A DNA stretch of 64,000 bases. Origin: Candidatus Binatia bacterium. GTDB lineage: Bacteria > Desulfobacterota > Binatia > Bin18. A model generated the notes under the pieces. The model had not been told where the DNA came from and ran no database searches. It saw nothing but the letters and a program-made list of their open reading frames with translations. Made by a program: the position numbers and the translations under genes. Below, one piece after another: positions 59,082 to 64,000 of the stretch. Every line of letters starts with the position of its first letter. The first letter of the stretch is position 1. The DNA lies in the NCBI GenBank assembly GCA_963666315.2, contig CAXXHG010000038.1, forward strand, positions 94,015 through 158,014, in the 5' to 3' direction.

Positions 59082-59744
59082 ATCGAATCCCACAAATCTC
59101 GTGCATCTCGGCCTGCCGGTCCCCAGCTGCGCGTATTGGGGGTGGACCCCGGAACGCTACACACGGGATGGGGCGTGGTCGAGCAGACGCGGCGTGACCT
59201 GATCTTCTGCGCCGGAGACGTGGTCTCGGTCAAAGGCTTTCGTTCTTTGCCTGAGCGATTACGGGCCATCTATGAGGAGATTGTCGCGGTTATTGATCGC
59301 TGGGGTCCTCACGCCTTGAGCCTCGAAAAAGCCTTTGTTGCCTATAATGTCCAAAGCGCCTTGCGCCTGGGAGAGGTACGCGGAACCATCCTCCTTGCCG
59401 CAGCTCAAGCTGGTCTGCGGATTGCTGAGTATAACCCTACGGAAATAAAAACTGCTGTGGCAGGCTATGGGCGTGCCGACAAAATGCAGATCCAGAAAGC
59501 CGTCTTTGCCCAGCTCCGCCATCCGGACGGAGAGGGAGGGGCATTCCCCTCAAGTCTGGACGCGACAGATGCCCTGGCTGCGGCGATTTGTCACTGTGGG
59601 GCGGCACGCATGTCGGATGCGTTGCGCCAGGCCGGCGTTCATGCGCGGCGTACGAGTGGGACCCGTTCGTGCTCGTTGCGCGACGTTTTTACCGAGCGGA
59701 CTGTTGCTCGAATGCTGGCAGCAGAACAGAAGAAGCGTGGCTAA
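59082..59744 (+). CDS. ruvC: Holliday junction resolvase RuvC (start codon uncertain)
   Basis: LRVLGVDPG, LEKAF, LGEVRG, GYGRADK, DATDALAAAICH. Confidence 0.92.
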   Translation: MESHKSRASRPAGPQLRVLGVDPGTLHTGWGVVEQTRRDLIFCAGDVVSVKGFRSLPERLRAIYEEIVAVIDRWGPHALSLEKAFVAYNVQSALRLGEVRGTILLAAAQAGLRIAEYNPTEIKTAVAGYGRADKMQIQKAVFAQLRHPDGEGGAFPSSLDATDALAAAICHCGAARMSDALRQAGVHARRTSGTRSCSLRDVFTERTVARMLAAEQKKRG

Positions 59745-59765
59745 CCGTCTCGCCCGGCGACACTT

Positions 59766-60353
59766 ATGATTGCGCGTCTACATGGAGTACTACACGAAAA
59801 GACGCCTGAGCAGCTCATTGTCGATGTCGGCGGAGTGGGCTATCAGGTGCTGGTGTCCTTACAAACCTTCTATCATTTGCCAGGCGTAGGAGAGCAGGTC
59901 AGCTTGCTCATTCATACGCATACGCGTGAAGATACGCTCCGGCTCTACGGCTTCCTCGAAGAAAAGGAAAAGTCGTGTTTTTTGCTGCTGCGCGGTGTGA
60001 GCGGGATTGGGCCCAAGCTGGCCTTAAATATCTTGTCTGGGATTCCCGTTGATGAACTTGAAGCTGCGCTGCGCGCACGCGACGTGACGCGTTTGGTTGC
60101 GGCTCCCGGTGTTGGGAAGAAAACGGCTGAGCGCATGGTGGTCGAGCTTCAAGAGAAGGTCGGCGCGCTCGCAGATGCCAACGGCGCGTCCCCCGGAACC
60201 CCAGACCCGCTTTCGACTGAAGCAGTCTCCGCCCTTGTCAACCTGGGCTATCGTCAGGCCCAAGTCGAGAAGACCGTGCGCGAGATAGTACGCAATGGGA
60301 CAACCGCTATTTCAGATGTCATCCGAGCATCATTACGGAGGCTCAGCGCATGA
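59766..60353 (+). CDS. ruvA: Holliday junction branch migration protein RuvA
   Basis: [34 protein letters not shown]. Confidence 0.96.
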   Translation: MIARLHGVLHEKTPEQLIVDVGGVGYQVLVSLQTFYHLPGVGEQVSLLIHTHTREDTLRLYGFLEEKEKSCFLLLRGVSGIGPKLALNILSGIPVDELEAALRARDVTRLVAAPGVGKKTAERMVVELQEKVGALADANGASPGTPDPLSTEAVSALVNLGYRQAQVEKTVREIVRNGTTAISDVIRASLRRLSA

Positions 60354-61507
60354 GCCAGAAAGAAAAAGGAGAAAAACTGGAAAGCCCTGCGCGGGAGCTG
60401 GAGAGCCCTACGCAGGATCTGGAAAGCTCTGCACGGGATCCGGAAGGCCCTGCGCGGGAGCTGGAAAGCCCTGCGCGGGCGCTCCTTGATCCGCAGCTGG
60501 AAGATGAGACTGCTTGGCTCGAAGAACGGCGGGCTCAGGGATCGCTCCGACCACGCAGCCTTGAGGACTATATTGGCCAGGAAGGGACGAAGCAGAATCT
60601 GCATATTGCGATTGAGGCCGCAAAGCAGCGGGGCGACGTCCTGGACCATCTCTTGTTTTGCGGCCCACCTGGATTAGGCAAGACCTCGCTCGCCCATATC
60701 ATAGCGCATGAGATGGATGTGGCCATCCGAGCAACGACCGGACCCGTGATCGAACGGACTGGAGATATGGCCGCGATTCTGACGAATCTGGAAGAAGGCG
60801 ACGTCCTCTTTATCGACGAAATTCATCGACTCAATCACGTGGTTGAGGAGTTTCTGTATCCGGCTATGGAAGACTTCGAACTCGATCTTGTAGTCGGCCA
60901 AGGCCCATCGGCACGAACAGTGAAGCTGCCGCTCAAACATTTCACCTTAGTCGGCGCAACCACACGTGCCGGGTTGTTGACTGCTCCACTGCGTGACCGT
61001 TTTGGGGCAACGTTTCGATTGGATTTTTACCAGGTGTCCGAGCTGGAACAAATCATTCGGCGGTCGGCATCAATTCTTGAGGTCGAGACAGATGTCGGCG
61101 GAATCGGAGAAATCGCTCGCCGCTCGCGTGGAACGCCTCGGATTGCCAATCGCTTGCTCCGACGGGTGCGCGATTTTGCCCAGGTTAAAAATAAACCTAT
61201 TGTGACCCGAGAGGTCGCCCATGCGGCGTTGACCTTGGTGGAAGTTGATGAGGCCGGCTTCGACAAGATGGACCTGGCGATTCTCCGCACGATTATTGAA
61301 AAATTCAGCGGCGGGCCGGTCGGCGTAGAGACCATAGCGGCTGCGATTGGGGAAGAGAAAAATACGATTGAGGACGTCTACGAGCCGTATCTCTTGCAGG
61401 AAGGATTTCTGCAGCGGACGCCTCGGGGCCGTCTGGCAACGCTGAGAGCGTACCAGCATCTGCAGATTGATTATCCCGGTGGAAAAGAGCCGGGCGACTT
61501 GTTCTAG
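60350..61507 (+). CDS. ruvB: Holliday junction helicase RuvB with N-terminal heptapeptide repeats
   Basis: [40 protein letters not shown]. Confidence 0.97.
   Translation: MSQKEKGEKLESPARELESPTQDLESSARDPEGPARELESPARALLDPQLEDETAWLEERRAQGSLRPRSLEDYIGQEGTKQNLHIAIEAAKQRGDVLDHLLFCGPPGLGKTSLAHIIAHEMDVAIRATTGPVIERTGDMAAILTNLEEGDVLFIDEIHRLNHVVEEFLYPAMEDFELDLVVGQGPSARTVKLPLKHFTLVGATTRAGLLTAPLRDRFGATFRLDFYQVSELEQIIRRSASILEVETDVGGIGEIARRSRGTPRIANRLLRRVRDFAQVKNKPIVTREVAHAALTLVEVDEAGFDKMDLAILRTIIEKFSGGPVGVETIAAAIGEEKNTIEDVYEPYLLQEGFLQRTPRGRLATLRAYQHLQIDYPGGKEPGDLF
60377..60481 (+). repeat. 21-bp tandem repeat x5 (LESPARE-like) within ruvB
   Basis: CTGGAAAGCCCTGCGCGGGAG and four variants, in frame. Confidence 0.92.
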
Positions 61508-63808
61508 ATGGCTGTGTGTATGGAAAGCCCAGCTCGCCAGCCACAATCAGATGAACACAAGCGTCACCAGCGCTGGGAGGGCGTGGTCATCCTCGCCGCG
61601 GCGCTCGGCGTCTTCCTGTTTGCCTTTCTGCAGAGTCGTTCCCCGCAGCTGAGCGATAGTTCCAGTCTCGCCAGCAACATCACCTTCGTTCTTCTGATTA
61701 ATCTCAATATCATTCTCTTGGTCCTGCTCGTTTTTCTGGTTGGACGGAATCTGATCAAGCTGTTTTACGAGCGACGCCGTAAGCTACCTGGCTCGTTTCT
61801 GCGTTCGCGTCTCGTCCTTGCGTTTCTGGCGATTTCGCTTTTCCCGGCGGTCCTGCTGTTTATCATCGGCGTGGGTTTTATGACCAAATCCATTGAGAGT
61901 TGGTTTGCCCTGCGTGTTGAGAATTCGCTGAGCGGCGCGCTTGAGGTGGTCGACGGTGTCTACGCCCGCCTTGCGGATGAGGCCCTCGTTGACGCACGGG
62001 CAATATCTCAGACTATAACGACACAGGATTTGCTTGAGCCGACTCGGTACGAAGGCTTGCAAGCGCGCATGACGCTGGAACAGCAAGGCCGCGGCTTAGC
62101 TCAGCTGGTTGTCTATTCTCCCCGGCTGACGCTCCTGGCCAACGCGCCCGAGACCAGTGGCGCGCTGACCGCTCCACAACTCAACGATGCGCTCTTGGAA
62201 CGGATTCTGTCTGAGACCGAAGAGGTCCGCCAGATCGTGCCTATGGGACAGGCCGAATTGGTATATGGCGGGGTGCCCATTGTCGTCGGAGCGCAACTCA
62301 TTGGCGTCGTGGTGGTCGGCACCCAGGTGCCTGATGACATTGTCAAACAAGGCCTGCAAGTCGTTCAGGCGCTGAGTGAATACCGGCAGTTGAAAATCCT
62401 CAAGCAGCCCATCAAAAACAACTATGTGATTACGATGTTTCTGGTTACCATGGTGGTCGTGTTTTCGGCGATATGGGTCGGTCTGTATTTGGCGAAAAAG
62501 ATTACCGTTCCTCTGCAGCAATTATCAGCAGCCACGCACGAGGTCGCCCAAGGCCACTGGGCACATCGTATCGAAGGCGAGGGTGAGGATGAAATTGGGA
62601 CGCTGGTATCCGCCTTTAACCAGATGACCGTAGAGCTCGAACAGAGCCACCGGGAACTCGAAGCCCGGCGACGCTATATGGAAATCTTACTGGGTAATAT
62701 TAACGCCGGTGTGGTCTCGTTTGACCGGTACGGACGGCTTTCTACGGTGAACCGTGCGGCAGAGCGCTTGCTTGGGCTGCGTGCTCCGGACGTCATCGGG
62801 CACGATTACCGTGAGGTCTTTCCAGTAAATGATTTTCAAGAAGTACGGCGTATCGTGCGTGAGCTTTTGCCCGTTCAGGAGCTGAACGGAAAAAGAGGCA
62901 GCCAGGAACAGCAAGGCCAGCTCCGCCTGGACCGCGGCGGCCAGGTCCTCTCGCTCCTGGTCACCGGGACATCTTTGCCTGACGATCGCGGCAATGCCCT
63001 GGGCGTGCTGTGCTTCTTTGAGGACGTGACCCAGATCGTCCAAGTTGAACGCATGGAAGCCTGGCGAGAAGTGGCCCGTCGAATTGCGCATGAAATTAAG
63101 AATCCGCTGACCCCGATTCAGCTTGCCGCCCAACGGCTGCGGCGGCGTTTTGCGCCACAAGTGACAGAGGATGCAGCGGTGTTTGACGAATGTATCCAGA
63201 GTATTGTCCAAGAAGTGGACGCGATTAAAAATTTGGTCAACGAGTTTTCCACCTTTGCCCGGCTACCGGCCGGAGACCATATTCCCCATGATCTGAATGC
63301 CCTCGCCCAGGAGTGCCTGGTTTTACTCTATGAAGCCCATCGTGACTTGGATTTTGCTTTTGTCCCGGACCGATCATTGCCGCCCCTGGAAATTGACCGC
63401 GAAGGCATGCGACGGGTGATCCGCAATCTGTTAGACAATGCGGTCGCAGCCTGTCGCATAAGAGCGGATGGGACTGCGGGGCGCATCGAAGTGACGACAC
63501 AATATTTACAGCCGGTGGGGATTGCGCGTCTTGAGATCGCTGATAATGGCTGCGGCATTCCTGCGCAGATGAAAGGGCGATTATTTGAACCGTATTTTTC
63601 GACCAAAAAAGAGGGCACAGGACTGGGATTGGCCATTGTGGCAGCGATTGTGGCTGATCATCAGGCGTTTATCCGGGTGCGAGACAATACCCCTCAGGGC
63701 AGTCGATTTGTGATCGAAATGCCGGTACGTAGGAATGTCCGAGTGGCGAGTGCAATACCGGATACGCCCTCGTTTGGCGCGGACGAAGATGCAACCCGGG
63801 GAATATAA
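61508..63808 (+). CDS. ntrY: NtrY-like sensor histidine kinase (TM, HAMP, PAS, HisKA, HATPase)
   Basis: AWREVARRIAHEIKNPLTPIQL, NLLDNA, DNGCG, GTGLGL. Confidence 0.9.
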   Translation: MAVCMESPARQPQSDEHKRHQRWEGVVILAAALGVFLFAFLQSRSPQLSDSSSLASNITFVLLINLNIILLVLLVFLVGRNLIKLFYERRRKLPGSFLRSRLVLAFLAISLFPAVLLFIIGVGFMTKSIESWFALRVENSLSGALEVVDGVYARLADEALVDARAISQTITTQDLLEPTRYEGLQARMTLEQQGRGLAQLVVYSPRLTLLANAPETSGALTAPQLNDALLERILSETEEVRQIVPMGQAELVYGGVPIVVGAQLIGVVVVGTQVPDDIVKQGLQVVQALSEYRQLKILKQPIKNNYVITMFLVTMVVVFSAIWVGLYLAKKITVPLQQLSAATHEVAQGHWAHRIEGEGEDEIGTLVSAFNQMTVELEQSHRELEARRRYMEILLGNINAGVVSFDRYGRLSTVNRAAERLLGLRAPDVIGHDYREVFPVNDFQEVRRIVRELLPVQELNGKRGSQEQQGQLRLDRGGQVLSLLVTGTSLPDDRGNALGVLCFFEDVTQIVQVERMEAWREVARRIAHEIKNPLTPIQLAAQRLRRRFAPQVTEDAAVFDECIQSIVQEVDAIKNLVNEFSTFARLPAGDHIPHDLNALAQECLVLLYEAHRDLDFAFVPDRSLPPLEIDREGMRRVIRNLLDNAVAACRIRADGTAGRIEVTTQYLQPVGIARLEIADNGCGIPAQMKGRLFEPYFSTKKEGTGLGLAIVAAIVADHQAFIRVRDNTPQGSRFVIEMPVRRNVRVASAIPDTPSFGADEDATRGI

Positions 63809-63817
63809 GGAGCCCAT

Positions 63818-64000
63818 ATGGAAGAGTCGATCTTAATCGTGGATGATGAAGAACACATTCGGACGACTTTACGTGGGGTGTTGGGTGATGAAGGGTTTCG
63901 TACGCTGGAAGCGGACTCGGGCGAAGGTGTGTTGGATCTGGTTGCCCAGCGGCGTCCGAGTTTGGTCATCCTCGATATCTGGATGCCGCACGTTGACGGC
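63818..64000 (+). CDS. ntrX: NtrX-like response regulator, partial
   Basis: SD AAGGAG; MEESILIVDDEEHIRTTLRGVLGDEGF..LVILDIWMP; runs off the window. Confidence 0.85.
   Translation, partial: MEESILIVDDEEHIRTTLRGVLGDEGFRTLEADSGEGVLDLVAQRRPSLVILDIWMPHVDG

Overview
Bacterial chromosomal window with two parts. (1) 1-43.4 kb is a composite defence/accessory region ending at an intact tRNA-Ala(CGC) gene (43378-43450, minus). From left to right it holds: an HTH-GHKL-STAS-like gene missed by the ORF track; a minus-strand SNF2-DUF3883 / unknown PLD-like / DUF1156 methylase / HEPN-DUF499 ATPase operon; a dif-like Xer site; tRNA-derived att remnants (Leu, Thr, Ala) around an XRE regulator and a frameshifted tyrosine integrase; and a ~28 kb island bounded by a 48-bp tRNA-Ala repeat. 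The island carries a GIY-YIG-like nuclease with two YaaA/DUF6884-like genes, TPR, DUF2779, a membrane-anchored SNF2, a GmrSD-Schlafen fusion, a type I R-M locus with two tandem hsdS cassettes (each with its own copies of the hsdM end and hsdR start), and a type III-like res-mod operon followed by a RelE-like/UvrD fusion. Many island genes carry frameshifts, stops or truncations. (2) 43.6-64 kb is mostly core genome: TonB-like, tatA, plsC, rnj, ftsK, lolA, a flagellin pseudogene with its sigma28 promoter, a thiolase/DUF35 pair, D-aminoacylase, yebC-ruvCAB, ntrY-ntrX. No CRISPR array or rRNA was seen. All family calls come from reading motifs by eye; no searches were run.
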